Assembly: GCA_035221665.1 (NCBI GenBank)
Contig: CM069165.1
Coordinates: forward strand, 22,382,001 to 22,446,000
Direction of reading: 5' to 3'
Length of the DNA stretch: 64,000 nucleotides
From: Okamejei kenojei
Taxonomy: Eukaryota
Part shown: piece by piece, positions 1 through 13,637 of the stretch
How the letters are laid out: the number at the start of each line of letters is the position of its first letter
Numbering within the stretch: the stretch's first letter is position 1
The notes under the pieces: generated by a model
Told to the model about the DNA's origin: nothing
Databases searched by the model: none
Seen by the model: the letters and a program-made list of their open reading frames with translations, nothing else
Program-made: the position numbers and the translations under genes

Positions 1-1489
1 TCTTCACCTGAAACATCACCCATTCTTTTTCACCAGAGATGCTGAGTTACTCCAGCTTTTTGTGTCTACGGTTTAAACCAGCATCTGCAGTTCCTTTCTA
101 CAGAATTAATTGAGACGTTGGTTGTCTTTCTGCTGACTGGTTAGCACGCAACAAAAGCATTTCACTGTACCTCGGTACACGTGACAATAAACTAAACTGA
201 ACTCAGTTTAGGAGTCTTCTGTAAGGTTAATATCTAATGGGCAGTACAGATCTCCAATTTTGCTTAGCTTAGAGATAAAGCATGGAAACAGGCCCTTCGC
301 TCCAGCGATCCCCACACACTGACTCTATTCTACACACACTAGGGACAATTGCCAATTATACCAAGCCAATTAGCCTACAATTCTGTTTACTATTCCCAGT
401 CATCTTTATATTTCTGTCACATACACATTTGAAGGCCATTTCCAATTTAATTGTTCACCTCATACAAGTGATTATTTAAGCTGTCTGACCAAATCAGTCT
501 TATCATTGGATTTAATTGTAAATAACATTATTGTTTAGAGATAATACATTCTTATAATTCACATCCCATCTTTGTATTTCACAAAAAGATCAGTTTGATT
601 TTTTACACAAGCCAAGAATGCAATTATAGCCATTTTTAGATGCATAATTTGAAAGCTGTGTTTTCAGCTGCAAAATGGTATGTTTTAAAATTCACTATGC
701 ATGAATTTCTCTGCTCTATTTCTTTCATCTACCTTACATTGCTCCTTAAAATCTACTTCTGATCGGGCTTAAGGACTGTTAAATCCAATTTTGACTGATA
801 ATGCTCCATTGCAAAGCATTATGATACGACCACATGCAACTTGCCTTGCAATTACAGACTGTGACTGAATGTATGCTCGTCAGAACTCACTCACTGATTC
901 TCTACCACTATGTGCAAAACAAAGTGCCGGAGAAACTCAGTGGGTCAGGCAGCATCAGTGGACAGGCAACATTGCGGTGCTGGGCCCTTCCTCAGACTCT
1001 GCAAGACTGAATTGGGGTCCAGACCCAAAACACTTTCATAAAGTCATACAGCATGGAAACAATCTTTCAGCCCAGCTTGCCCATGCTGACCATAGTCTGT
1101 TCATGCCCTCCAGAGATGCTGCCTGACTTGCTGAATTCCTCCAGCATTTTGTGTTTTGCCACGACTTTGAATCCTGCTTGCACTGAAAGGGTGGGTACAC
1201 AAAAGGCTGGAGAAACTCAGCGGGTGCAGCAGCATGTAAGGAGCGAAGGAGATAGGCGACATTTTGGGTTGAGACCCTTCTTCAGACTGAAAGGAGCAGG
1301 ACTGGGGAAACATGTTTCTACCCCCTGATGCAGTGGCTGCAGTTAGTGAATCTTCGGCAGTAGACTGAAGGAATTAAGGAGGCCCGCCAGAAAGTTGGCA
1401 GAACCCAAGGCACCTTGAAGATGGAGCAGTGAGGAAAGATTTATATTCTGTTTAACGTATGCAGTGGTAAGCTTGAATCTGAGCACTGA

Positions 1490-1985
1490 AGGGCCTGTCC
1501 CACTTGGGTGACCTAATCCGCGAGTTCTGGCGAGTTTGCCCTCGAATCATACTCGCAGCATGGTCGACATGAGGTCGTAGGAGGTCTTCATAACTCTCCT
1601 TCGTGCTCAAGAGTGGTCTACGCGTACTCGAGACCTAAGCTAGGTCGCGGCGTTTTTTTTCAATATGTTAAAAAATGCCCACGAGTAAAAAAAAGGTCGC
1701 CATGGAAAAAATCGCTACTTTTTTTACTCGTAGGTTTCGTCGTAGTAGGTCGGCATGTTAGTCGTAGGTAATCGAGGGTAGTCGTAGATGGTCTTCATCA
1801 TAGTTGAAGGGAGGTTGAAGGAGATCGAAGGAGGTCGTCTTCACTCTCCACTATTCAGTGTCCAGTTTTCCCAAAGTTTGTCAGCTAGTTGAAGCTGGTC
1901 TTCAACAGTTGAAGGAGGTCTTCAACGTCATTTTTTCAAACTCTTCTAAACTCGCCAATTAGGTTGCCCAAGTGGGACAGCCCCT
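1490..1985. mobile_element. Non-autonomous DNA transposon (MITE), PIF/Harbinger-like
   Basis: TIRs AGGGCCTGTCCCACTTGGGTGACCTAAT ... ATTAGGTTGCCCAAGTGGGACAGCCCCT; flanks TGA/TAA, compatible with a decayed 3-bp TWA TSD. Superfamily call is inference. Confidence 0.7.
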
Positions 1986-2458
1986 TAATCCTCATGAGAG
2001 AAGAAAGCAATGGAAATAAGTTGACCAACAGTATTGGGGATGTCTTATCAGGAATTCTAGTTAGACATCAATATCCTTTACACCCCATGTATGCATTCAT
2101 GGACATCTAATGTAAATTGCGCACAAATGTGGAGAGGGACCTACAATACACTCAAGCTTCATTTAGACTGATTTATGATGTGTTCAGAAAAGATGACAAA
2201 GTGAATGTTAATGTTTGTGTGGAATAGGTTAGACTTGTCTGTAAGTGATATAGACATATTGCTTAGAATTTGCGTGTGGTGCATGGGGGAAATGTGAACA
2301 TGAAAGTTGCTCCTCTGGGATGCTGTGGTGACTTAATATTGGGGTTGGAACACTGGAAAATATTTGGGATTTCTTGTTAAGTAATTGTTGTATGAAAATA
2401 ATATGACCTGTTGCTGCATACATCAGGGGTATGAATGTTCCTTGCCGATCTGTTCCAG

Positions 2459-2575
2459 GGGGCTGTGCCATTGAAAGAACTCAACACTCGGCCACTAGAG
2501 GTGTTTATGTGCAGCGTGCTGAAACGTCAGGGATATGGAGAAGGATTCCGCTGGCTTTCGCAATACATCGACTGA
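2459..2575 (+). CDS. SAR1A: SAR1 GTPase (COPII), last coding exon; upstream exons lie outside the window
   Basis: Acceptor ttccAG ends at 2458. Manual translation [38 protein letters not shown] matches the SAR1 C-terminus. The WLSQYID ending and adjacency to TYSND1 favour SAR1A over SAR1B. Not in the ORF track because it is too short. Confidence 0.93.
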   Translation, partial: GAVPLKELNTRPLEVFMCSVLKRQGYGEGFRWLSQYID

Positions 2576-4915
2576 ACCCGAGTGTAAATTTTGCCACTTT
2601 GGACTGAACTAGTTTGCAGCTGTCTACATGATCTTATTTTCCTCTCTGCTTTCTTTCCAAAACAAAAAAAAACAGGTCACACAGCTGTTGACAAGATAGC
2701 AATGCCTAGCAGGGGAGGTTTCAGATCCAGGTTTTTAAAGTATAAACCTGAGGTAGGCGTTTGGACCTGGTTTAACATTACAACTATGTGCCCCAAGTGT
2801 GGCCTGTTTACAACCCCCCTCCCCTCCCTCCCCTCCCCCCCCCCAATAATAGTCAACTGAGAATTCACACTTGAGTTTGGCTATACAATGGTCTTAGAGA
2901 TATATGTGAGGATTTTTTTTTGTGTGTGTCCCTTTCTTGTGATGCTCTGTGCTCCCAAAGATATCCAGGTATATCTGCCCCTCTGGGGCCACGTCATAGA
3001 AGAAAGCATGGGTCGAATGGATGGCAGTGAACTGACCACTCTACAAAGCATTTTAACCAAATCAAGTGATAAGCTGAATAGTGTTCACAAGTCAACTATT
3101 CAAATATGTTCCCTGTCTGCGCTGATTATGGTAAGAGCCATTTTTCCTGAAGCTCGGAATGGTTTGAGGCCAAAATTAAAATATGGCCAATGTAAACGTA
3201 ACCATTCAGGACTTGAAGCTCCCATGAAATGAGGCTTGTGGGAACTGTTTTGTTAAAATTCTCTCTGCTGCCAGTTTATTCTAGGTGGGGTGTGCTTTAC
3301 ATACATGACATTAACATTTGAAGATATGCCCGTGGTGTTTGGACTGGTTAAATCACGATCAAATCATAAATGTGATTCAGTTTGGTTAATTATCTTAGTG
3401 TCGACTCTGTGTGGCTGTAGTTGTCGTATTGGTGTATCGTGCATCGAGGTGGATTGTAGCCAGGGTTTGAGTATGAACTGGGGATGTTTCATCAATAAAC
3501 AGCCCCAGTTTAGTTTTAGGTATATATAAAACTGCATATCAGAAAACATCATATTTTAAAATTTAAGATATTTAACTTTGTAATGGAGTGATGACACAGT
3601 GAGTTGTATTTTGCCAATTGGGTGTAAAGGTATCTTGGGAATTGGAAAATGAGCAAAGTGTGTCTCCGGTGGATGGAGTGTAATGCAGTCGGTTTCGACT
3701 TGATTAGTGAGTCATTCTGAATAACACAAGCTGGGTGGCATGGTTTACAAGATGGGTTTGTTGCAGAAATTATTATCTTCTAAGGGGCTCGCAAACTAAA
3801 GGAATTGCACAATATCGAGCACACTTTTAATGTAAAGCTTTTATTAAAAAAATGTGAACAAATTAATATACCTGGTGCTTTTAACAGTGGAGTCAAAATG
3901 GAAGTACACAGGCTACGTAATGCTGGGAACTGTTTTACAAATACGTTCAAATAGCGTGTGTCAACAAAACCGAACAGTGGGTGCGCATGGAACAGGGAAT
4001 TTTAAATCTGTTCATTGAACTAGGTAATACTTACAAAATGAATAAGGCTGCATTATCAATGATGTGGACTGTTATCAAACAGCCATTCCGCCAGGAAATT
4101 GAAGGGAATGAGAAGCGGTTGGTCAACACCATATTTTTTTTCTTGCTTCTAAACTTTTGGCGCTTGCACAGAATGGTGGTGTTCTTTCGCCGTTGATGAA
4201 AGGATGGAGACATTCTGTCGTGGCATTCTCCTTCTGCCAAAAATGAGAAAATCAAATCGCACCTTCTCCCTGTCGAGAAATAAATGTCTGTGTCGGAAAC
4301 GCCAAGCCGGCTGTTTTCCTCTGTTGAGGCTTATTTTGCCAAACCAGACAAAGACTCATTACTTCCAGTAGACGTCATTTAATGAGAATGTCATGTTTAT
4401 ACTTTATTGCCTCTTTAGGCTCTTCCATTAAAAAACATCTAATTTGCTCTAAATGAGTGGTTGGATAAAGAAAATATCTTGCTTGCCCCAGGAGCAAGAT
4501 AATGTTTCCTCAAGAGAGGCATCAGCAGATATCCATCTGAAGGGCATTTATTTATCACTGTGGCAGTCTGAGTGGACTTTCCCTTTTCCTAAGCATGACT
4601 GCAGAACTAGATATATTCTTTCCCCCTTCCCCAAAGGCTTTTGGGCTTTGAACACAACAGGTTAGTACTGTACCTGCAGTATTACTCAGTTATTACAGTT
4701 CTACATGTTTGGGGTTATTGATCTCCACTGAGAGGGTATAGGTGACTGCTTTAACATTTCACCAATCTGATGCCTTCCCCAACTTTATTCTTGCAAAAAA
4801 CTAGTTCTCGCCCTGAATTTGGTCATTCTTTATGTGGTAGAAAGATAACTTGCAACGTGTATAAATGTATTATAAATCATTGCTTTATTTGAATAAATGT
4901 ACTTGTATATCTTTG
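2576..4915 (+). other. SAR1A: Probable SAR1A 3'UTR with candidate poly(A) signal AATAAA at 4892-4897
   Basis: AT-rich stretch after the stop with no recognisable interspersed repeats; AATAAA followed by GT/T-rich sequence. The end point is inferred. Confidence 0.55.
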
Positions 4916-6669
4916 TGTCTTGAACTTTTGTTGAACTATGCATTCGGTATGGGCTGATGAGCATCTAGCAACTGCTGCAACTAAAACATGTGCTGGATAC
5001 TTCCACCGGTTTGTGTCCGTGTGGCACCTTACCCCATGGCCGAGCTTTGTTGCTTGCATTAAGGTAATAACGACACCACAGTGACCCGATGTACAGCAGC
5101 CACAATCCCAATGAGATGTAAGCCCAGTTAAAGTTTATTTTCATTGCACATTGAGAAATGAATAGAGGTTAGCTGACTAACTCGAACCTTCTTCACAAAA
5201 TGCCAAGAACCTTTCAACAAACACCAGCATTAATGCCACTATCAAAGGACAGCCGAGCACTGAGGTTCACTGGACATTACAGTTTCCAGAGCACTGCAAA
5301 TTATGAATCTCCCAGCTGCACTTGAAAGTTTAAAGTAGTATAATATCGTTCCTCTTCAGTAATCTGTTTGCCTTTCAGCCTAGAATACTTTCAGATTATT
5401 GCATTACTCCCAAAATAGTTTTCCCTGATGGAAGGTCAATTTCTACAGACCTTGAGTATAATGCAATAGCAAATATTACTATGTTTCAGGGGTTTTGAAT
5501 TCAATGTACATTCTTGTATTTAAGCTCATTATCTAGCTTGTGGATTGATTCTTGACCAGCATCTGAAAATTGCTCATTACTGGGTACGGACCAATTGCAA
5601 CTATTTCTGGGTCAAATTTGCTACTTAAAAAATTAATCTCGACCCTTTCAATTACTCTTGATTGAGTCTGGCGAAGTCCTGTCTGCCATCCTGGGAAATG
5701 AAGGCACATTGTTCCAAGTTCATCACTCATCCATCGGTTGGTCACACCCTGAATTCCCATTAGCTCGGGTGTAATGCCGATCTTCCAACCTACTTCCTGG
5801 CAGGCCTTGGACTTTTTCTATGTAACTGTAACACTATAATGCTGTAACGCTATGTTCTGCACTCTGGTGTTTTTCTCATTGCACTACCTGCTGTATTTAT
5901 GTATTGGCTCATTTGTAGTCATATAATGTTATTTAATTTGACTGGATAGCACGCAAACAAAAGCTTTTCATTGTATCTCGGTACACATGACTATAATAAA
6001 GCATATACCAATATATTTTCATTGTGCTGCTTGGTCTGCAGACACAGGTCCCCTTGGAGCAGGACCCAGTCTAGTCCAGAACCCAACCTAGATAGCCACT
6101 CCATTTTTATTTTTTTTTAACAATTGCACCCATTTAACCAACTTCAAGTTGGGTCTAGGCACCCATGAAACTGGGATAAGATGTTTGGACTTTCTCAGCC
6201 CACCACCCTCATCAATGAGCAAAGAAAACTCCAATAAGTTATCAGTAGCTCTGGACGTCCTAACCTCTCGCGCCACAGATGATTGCGGCAGTGAGTCCAG
6301 GACAGAAAATGACACTGGCACATTGAGCGATAAACTTTTGGTTTGATGGTAAAAGCACAAATTAACTTTTAGCTCTTAATGTAGAAAGGAGAGAAAGAGA
6401 ATTAATAGACTGGTTGACCTAAAGGATGTATTCCTAGACTGAGAAGCTTCTATGGGAAAGAGACATCACCCATGATTGAATTGTGGAGTAGACTGGATAG
6501 GCCAAATGTCCTAATTCTGCCCCTTTAACTTATGTACTTATAATCTTTGAAGGGAAACATTATTTGAATTTGAGAAAAATACGCGATCTTGTGGAAATGT
6601 ACGCGATTGTTCGTGGAATTCACCAGGTGTTTCCACAAGCTGCAGAATCCACCACATCGTTTCATGATC

Positions 6670-7190
6670 AAGTTAAGCCAAGTCAGGTTTATTCGTCACA
6701 TACACATACGGGATGTGCAGTGAAATGAAAAGTGGCCGTGCCTGCGGACTTTGTGCAAAAAACAAACAAACAAACAACCCACAAACTACAAACAGAATCA
6801 CATGTTCTTTTTCATATTAAATATTGTGGGCAGTATTGTGGTACAGTAAAGTTAGTCCTTGGTGAGATAGGAGTTTACAGTCCGAATGGCCTCTGGGAAG
6901 AAACTCCTTCTCATCCTCTCCGTTCTCACAGCATAGCGACGGAGGCGTTTGCCTGACCGTAGCAGCTGGAACAGTCCGTTGCAGGGGTGGAAGGGGTCTC
7001 CCATTATCCTATTGGCTCTGGAGTTGCACCTCCTGATGTATAGTTCCTGCAGAGGGGCGAGAGAAGTTCCCATAGTGCGTTTGGCCGAACGCACTACTCT
7101 CCGCAGAGCCTTCTTGTCCTGGGCAGAGCAATTACCAAACCAGATTGTAATGTTTCCGGACAAGATGCTTTCCACAGCCGCAGAGTAGAA
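6670..7190 (-). mobile_element. Rex1/Babar-like LINE 3' fragment
   Basis: ORF 6852-7295(-) FYSAAVESILSGNITIWFG...KALRRVVRSA...DPFHP...LLRSGKR...RSFFPEAIR resembles the Rex1/Babar ORF2 C-terminus; short-repeat tail near 6670. Confidence 0.75.
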
Positions 7191-9519
7191 TAAGTCTCCT
7201 ATTATTTTAGACTGAGTTGGTAAGAAATGTCTTGACTTAAAAGAGTTGTAGATCATTGGAAGTATCTGCACTTTAAGGCCGGGACTGCTGGTCATTGTTC
7301 GGGGTTGAGGTCTTCACATTTTTGAGCCAAGGGCTGCAGGAAAATCAATGTATATAATCGGCCTCAATCTACTTATTGAGCAGCAGAGCAGGCTTGAGGG
7401 ACGGTATATTTGTGCTAAAGTATGATGAAGAGCTGGGCCCACACACATTGAAAATGAGTGTGTTGCAGGCTTTCCATTGGAAACTGAAGTATCGCAGCGT
7501 GCTGACACCCACTAATGATCGGTGTGCTTTAAAGTATCCTTCTGCCTCTGATAACAGCATCGTGTTTGCGGCATCCAGCTGTGGGCTCACGGTCTACCCC
7601 AGAAATCAGTACAGCGTCTAGTTTGATAAATTTAACTTTTAGTTGAAGGATCATTGCTGAGTGTTTGGATCAAAGACTCCAGCTAAAATTATAACTCAAC
7701 CCCAGGCACTATTCAGACATTTAAGCTAGGAGCAATGGTGGGCGATTTGTCTCCCTAAGCCCGTTCTGCTATTCAATAAGATTACAGCTAATCTGATTGT
7801 AAACTTGAACTCCATATTCCTGCCTACCTCCAATAATCTCTAATCTTCTTATCAAGAGTCTGTGTATGTCTGCCTTAAAACATATCCAAAGGCTCTAGGT
7901 CTGGGTTAACGAAGAGGGCTCCAAAGACTCTTAATCCTCTGAAATAAATTGTTTTGCTTCATTCTCTGCCTTAAATGGGAAAAGCCTTATTTTTAAACAA
8001 TGGCTTCTTCTTCTCTAGTTACCTACAGCAGGAAACACCCTCTTCACATGCAGCCTGTCAGGATCCACAGGATCTTATCTTTATTAAGTCACCTCTCATT
8101 CTTCTAAACTCAAGAGGACGGCAAGTTAAATTGCTGTGTCCTTGTAAATACTCATCTATCAACCAAGATAAGTGCCCTTCGGGTGACTTATTCCTGTGTG
8201 TGAGATCTTGTTCTCAAATTCATTCTTGATCAAATTCATTGCAGTGAGTAACTCAGCCTTACCGTGAGGAAGTGCAGAGGACACTCTGTGGAGGGCAGCG
8301 CAGCAAGCATCGCTGCTACCTACCTACCTCACTGTTCCAGTGATCCAGGTTCAATCCTGACCCATGCTGCTGTCTGTATGGAGTTTGCATGTCCTCCTTT
8401 TGCCAGGGTCGAACTCGCCCCGGAAGCTCCCGTTTCCTCCCAAGTCCCAAAGACATGCAGGTTAGTATGTTAATCATGTGCTTTGAATTGCCCAGAATGT
8501 GTAGGTGAGCAATAGATGGAAATGTCGCAGTGTAAGTTTTGAGATACCGCATAGAAACAGGCCCTTGGGCCTACGGAGGCCAAGTCAACCATCCATCACC
8601 CAGTCACACTCATTCAATGTTATCCCACTTTCAACAAACTAAGGGCAATTTATAGAGGCCGATTAACCTATAAACCCGCATATCTACTGCGCCAGAGATC
8701 CAGTTTTCATCCTGACTACAGATACAATATACAATACCGTTTATTGTCATTTGAACCTCAGATGAAGTTCAGACGATATTTGGTTTCTGCAGTCATACAG
8801 CAAGAAGGGAACCAAGACACACACCAACGCAATTTACACAAACAGCCATCACAGTGAATCTCCTCCTCATTGTGACGGAAGGCAAAGTCTTGTCTCTCCC
8901 CTGGTCTCCATTCTTGTGGGCAGTAAGGAGCATGTTCGCCCTGTGACTAAGGGCTTTCTCCTGATGCTCCAGTTTCCTCCCACATCCTAAAGATGTGCGA
9001 ATTTGTATGTTAATTGGCGTGTGTAAATTGCCCCTAGTGTGTAGGATGTGAAACTAGGATAACAGAACTAGTGTACAGGTGATGTGTTTAAGAAGGAACT
9101 GCAGATGCTGGAAATATCGAAGGTATTTCACAAAAGTGCTGGGAAAACTCAGCGGGTGAGGCAGCATCAATGGAGCGAAGGAATAGGTGACGTTTTGGGT
9201 CGAGACCCAAAGGGTTTGAGTTTTGTCTTGATTGTATTTATGTGTAGTACTGTCTGATTTGTTTGGATCGCATGCATGCAAAATGAAGCTTTTTGAACTG
9301 TACCTCAGTGCATGTGAAAATAATAAATCTAAACCTATGGGTTTAGTTTAGTTTAGTTTGGTAAAGCAGCGTTGGGTCGAAACACCCGTTTGCATGCTGC
9401 ATGTCTCTATGTCTAACATTACTCTCGCTGCATTATTACGTGGATACGAAATGACAAAGTGGTAGAAATGAACTAGGACGGTCTTCTGATAAGAGTTGGT
9501 CTAAGTATGATTAGGACAA

Positions 9520-9700
9520 GTCAAAAAGGCAGCCAGCGTCATCAGACCTCCACACCACCCTGGCCATACACTCATTTCATCCCTGCCATCCGGAAGAAGA
9601 TACAGGAGCCTGAAAACTGTAACGTCCAGGTTCAGGAACAGCTTCTTCCCTGTAGCCATTAGGCTATTAAACACTGCAACCTCCAAATAAATTCTGAACT
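9520..9700 (+). mobile_element. Rex1/Babar-like LINE 3' remnant
   Basis: Encodes ...HHPGHTLISSLPSGRRYRSLKTVTSRFRNSFFPVAIRLLN. Confidence 0.7.
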
Positions 9701-9744
9701 ACATAGACTATTATGGTTATTATTGCACTATTATTGTTTGTTTT

Positions 9745-9795
9745 TTATGTGCACGTATGTGTGCGTGGGTGTGTATATATACATATGTATGTATG

Positions 9796-9826
<31 letters not shown>

Positions 9827-9848
9827 TCATATATATATATATATATAA
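9745..9848. repeat. (TA)n/(TG)n compound microsatellite
   Basis: Directly visible dinucleotide runs. Confidence 0.9.
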
Positions 9849-10119
9849 GAAGGAACTGCAGATGCTGGTTTAAATCGAAGATAGACACAAAATGCTGGAG
9901 TAACTCAGCGGGACAGGCAACATCTCTGGAGAGAAGGAATGAGTGACGCTTCGGGTATATATGTGAGTTTGGCTGTACATACACACACTTAACCTTTTCT
10001 CGTTCACTCTTGTGTTCACAATGCACTATGTTTACATAGTCTGTTGTGCTGCTGCAAGTAAGGATGTCATTGTTTTATCTGGAACATGACACACTCCTGA
10101 CTTGACACGTAGCTTGAAC

Positions 10120-10260
10120 ACACGCCTTTCCCGTGTGAAAGCAGAAAACTGGAATAACTCGCGAAAATAACGAAGGCTGCGTTTCACACGACCCGCAGAT
10201 GGTGACATGTGATGTGATGTGAGGTGCATCGCTTCCGGGTTAGTGATGAAGTTTTGCAGT
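10120..10260 (+). promoter_or_regulatory. Probable TATA-less TYSND1 promoter
   Basis: CpG-containing unique sequence just upstream of exon 1; ETS-type CTTCCGG at about 10232 and TCGCGA motif at about 10159. Confidence 0.45.
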
Positions 10261-10360
10261 GGTCCTCGGCCAGCTGTGGGATCGCCCTGTGCTCCAGGAG
10301 GTCCCAGAGCACAGCTGTGAGATCTCCACTGCAGACCCCCCACTCCCCCAGCTCCGTGCA

Positions 10361-11502
10361 ATGATCTCCCCGGAGAGCTGCAGTTGCATCGTCTCCGCTT
10401 CCCTGGCCAAGGAGGCGTCGGCTGCCGAGTGCCAGCGGGACGGAGCCTGGGGCTGCAGCGGCTTGCTCCTCCACCCCAAGCGCCGCTTGGTCCTTTGCCA
10501 CGGCCAGACCTTCTTGCCCTTCCTCCGGCGGCCGCAGCGAACCCTCGGCCGCCGGCCCTTCCTGCTCCCTGGGGCGTTCCACAGCGACCTCCACATCCAG
10601 GTCCAGTTCCCTGGGACCAGCTCCTCAACCCAGCCCGAACTCGCCATGTCCTTGGCTTCCAACGACACAGGGGCACTGAATTCAGAATCAGAACCCCCTA
10701 ATCTAGATTGCAGACCCAGACTGTCCTCATTGACTCCTGGCCAAGCCAAGGCCAAGAGTTCCAGCCCGGCTGAGATGCTCATGGTCTTCTCATGCCAAGA
10801 ATTTGGAGATATCTTCAGAACCTTGTTCAGCAAATCAGACAAGTGGTACTTCTACAGTGAGGACAAGGACCAGGAGGTCCATGGGGAGCCTCTGGATCTG
10901 GTCTGGTTCGCCCTGTTGTGGTGCCCTGGCTGGCTGGACGGAGGCAGCGTGTGTGGGGAGGAAGCCTTGAGGTATGTGAGGAGCGAGTGTTTGAGCAAGG
11001 GCCAGCCCCTCTTCAGTTGTGCGTCGCCCTTCGCCTCGTTCTGCTCCGAGATCTTCATGAACACCCTCAGTCAGGGGATTGTGAGCAACCTGGCAGGAGA
11101 GAGGAACGCCCTGATTTTAACTGATGCCCGCTGCTTGCCGGGCACTGAAGGGGGTGGCGTGTACATCCGATCCCAACACCTGTACTACCTGGCGGGATTG
11201 ATTGTGGCGCCTCTTTGCTGGAAGGCCAACGACTGGGTCGGCCTGACCTTGGTGTGTTCCATCACCTGCATCTTGGAGACCATGAGGAGGATTCTGAACG
11301 GATTTGAGATATTTGGTTCCCCGACCCTGACCGTCCCAGGGAGTCACGGGTTAACCCGGCTGCTCGGCACGGCAGCCCTGCTGGAGTCCAACAGAGTTTG
11401 GGGATCAGGAGTGATTGTCAGCCCTAGACTCATCATCACATGTAGACACGTCTTAGACCGGGCGCCATCTGTCACAGTGAAAATACAGTCGGACTCAAAC
11501 AG
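10361..11502 (+). CDS. TYSND1: Peroxisomal leader peptide-processing protease TYSND1, exon 1
   Basis: ATG at 10361 (MISPESCSCIVSAS...); motifs FMNTLSQGIVSN, LILTDARCLPGTEGGGV, PLCWKANDWVGLTLVCS, WGSGV...TCRHV (catalytic His); donor AG|gtaaga, phase 2. Confidence 0.95.
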
Positions 11503-11639
11503 GTAAGAGTCATCCAAGATAGCAGAGGTGCTCCGAGTCTGAGGTCATTGTACAAAATGTCGAAATTCTCAGCAGGTCAGTCTTCACCCGTGAAGAAGAA
11601 AATGTATCTGTCATATGAACCGGAAAAATTAAATTCTTA

Positions 11640-11850
11640 ATGTTCAAGAAGGAACTGCAGATGCTGGAAAATCGAAGGTGGGCAAAAATGCTGGAGAAAC
11701 TCAGCGGGTGAGGCAGCATCTATGGAGCGAAGGAAATAGGCAACGTTTCGCCTCAGACTGAAGAAGGGTTTCGACCGTAAACGTTGCCCATTTCCTTCGC
11801 TCCATAGATGCTGCCTCACCCGCTGAGTTTCTCCAGCACTTTTGTCTACC
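11640..11850. mobile_element. Inverted pair of Penelope-derived short repeats (foldback)
   Basis: GCTGGAGAAACTCAGCGGGTGAGGCAGCATCTATGGAGCGAAGGAAAT followed by its reverse complement. Confidence 0.7.
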
Positions 11851-12009
11851 TACAATGACATTCGTGTTTCCTGCAACATTACAGGCACCTATAATGCAAC
11901 AATAAATGATTAGTCATTCTAAGTGAACCAGACCACCATAACACAAAACTAAAGTATGCAATCCAACCGCAGCAGTGCAATTTGCTCTGTGGTGCAGTGC
12001 TGACGTGGG

Positions 12010-12410
12010 TTGTGGTTAGGGATTGTGCAAGAACTTGATGGTGGATGAGCGGACGCTGTCCTTGAACTGCGATGCAATGGTTCTCAGGCTCCTGTACTTT
12101 CCTCCCGATGCTGAGATGAAAGAGTGGCCGGGTTGATGTGGGGCTTCGATGATGTTAGCTGCTTGCTTGACGCAGCACCTCCTGTACATCCCTTCGAAGG
12201 TGGGGAGGTTACTGGACGGGCCGCGTCCACCAGCGCTCTTCGATCTTGCGCTTTCGAGTTTCTGAACCAGGCCGTATGCTCTCCACTGTGCACTTGTAGC
12301 AGTCCAATCAGAATATTCAGTGACATGCCGAATCTCCTCGAACCTTTGAGGAAGCAGAGGCATTGGTGAGCCTTCTTCGCTTTTGTGCTGGCCCCAGGAC
12401 AGACCATCAG
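12010..12410 (-). mobile_element. Degraded Rex1/Babar-like LINE fragment
   Basis: Frameshifted homology: KKAHQCLCFL...; MYRRCCVKQAANIIEAPHQPGHS...KYRSLRT. Confidence 0.6.
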
Positions 12411-12424
12411 AACAAAGTGTGATC

Positions 12425-12710
12425 AAATGCTGGAGAAACTCAGCGGGTGAGGCAGCATCTATGGAGCGAAGGAATAGGCGACGTTTCGGGTCGATGTCGG
12501 GAGGGAGGGGCGGGAAAAAGGAAGGAAGAGGCTGAGACAGTAGGCTGTAGGGGAGCTGGGAAGGGGAGGGGAAGGAGGGAGAAAGCAAGGACTACCTGAA
12601 ATTGCAGCAATCAATGTTCATACCAATGGGGTGCAAACTACCCAAGCGAAAGATGAGGTGCTGCTCCTCCAATTTGCGGTGGGACTCATTCTGGCCACGG
12701 AGGAGGCCAG
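12425..12710 (-). mobile_element. Penelope-like element 3' fragment (GIY-YIG endonuclease C-terminus plus pseudo-LTR)
   Basis: Minus strand 12592-12708 translates GLLRGQNESHRKLEEQHLIFRLGSLHPIGMNIDCCNFR*, typical of a PLE endonuclease end (L..L.P.G.N), followed by a pyrimidine-rich tract and the ACCCGAAACGTC repeat. Confidence 0.75.
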
Positions 12711-13519
12711 TATCTGCAGTTCTTTCTTAATCAGAATAACGAGTTACTGTTTTGGCTCATAAAGTCACTCCATTATTGTATAGCCTGATCTTCTACTGAA
12801 GTTCTGAGGGGAATCTGTATTGTCAGAAATGTCTGTTCTTTGGGTTGGATGTTAATTCAGATCCCTGTCATGTTATCTGTTGATTCAGGTCAATGTCAAC
12901 AATCCCATGGTTCTGTTGAAAGTTCTCCTGGTGCCCTGGTCCACATTGTATCCTCATTCATATGAGGAAAGGAACAGATTATCTCTTGTTCACTCCGTTG
13001 CTGATTGTTGAATTGTTTTCCAATTCAATAGTGATAATAGTTTCAACTAATTAATAGTAGACAAAGCAACAAGGAACTTTCCCTGGATCACAATAGGTGT
13101 TGTAAATAGGCCATGTATATGCATGCACTTATAACACCTTTAATATGGCAAACCATCCCAAGTCTTCTCGTAGAAATATTTTCAAATATAATTTTCTATC
13201 AGCAGTATTGCAAAAAGTAACCCAATAAAATGTATTTCTCTCCATCCCGCCCCCCACCCAAGTCGTACCAGCTTCAAAGTCGCCTTGTTGAGTCTCCTTG
13301 TCTGTCCTCGTTCTCACCTGGGCCACACTAACAATGGCCTGTTCCCTTGATCATCGTTACTTTTTTTTGCATATCTTTCATTCATTTGTTCTACATCTCT
13401 CTACATCACCGTCTATATCTCTCGTTTCCTTTCCCCTGACTCTCAGTCTTAAGCAGGGCGTCGACCCGAAACGTCGCCTGTTCCTTTTCTCCAGAGATAA
13501 TGTCTGTCCTGCTGAGTTA

Positions 13520-13637
13520 AGGACCCGTCCCACTTGGGCGTCATTTGCGAGTCACACAGTTGGCGCGCAAACATTTTGTACGCGTAAATGATGTCACGTA
13601 AATGATGCACAAATGACACCCAAGTGGGACAGGCCCT
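13520..13637. mobile_element. Short Harbinger-like MITE inserted in a Penelope-derived repeat
   Basis: TIRs AGGACCCGTCCCACTTGGGCGTCATTTG / CAAATGACACCCAAGTGGGACAGGCCCT; it interrupts host GCTGAGTTA|CTCCA. Confidence 0.7.

Noticed and set aside
7314-7621. Possible small gene between SAR1A and TYSND1
   Set aside because: Short ORFs with no recognisable homology or convincing splice structure.
10032-10842. Long antisense ORFs over TYSND1 exon 1
   Set aside because: Shadow ORFs of GC-rich coding sequence with no recognisable homology.
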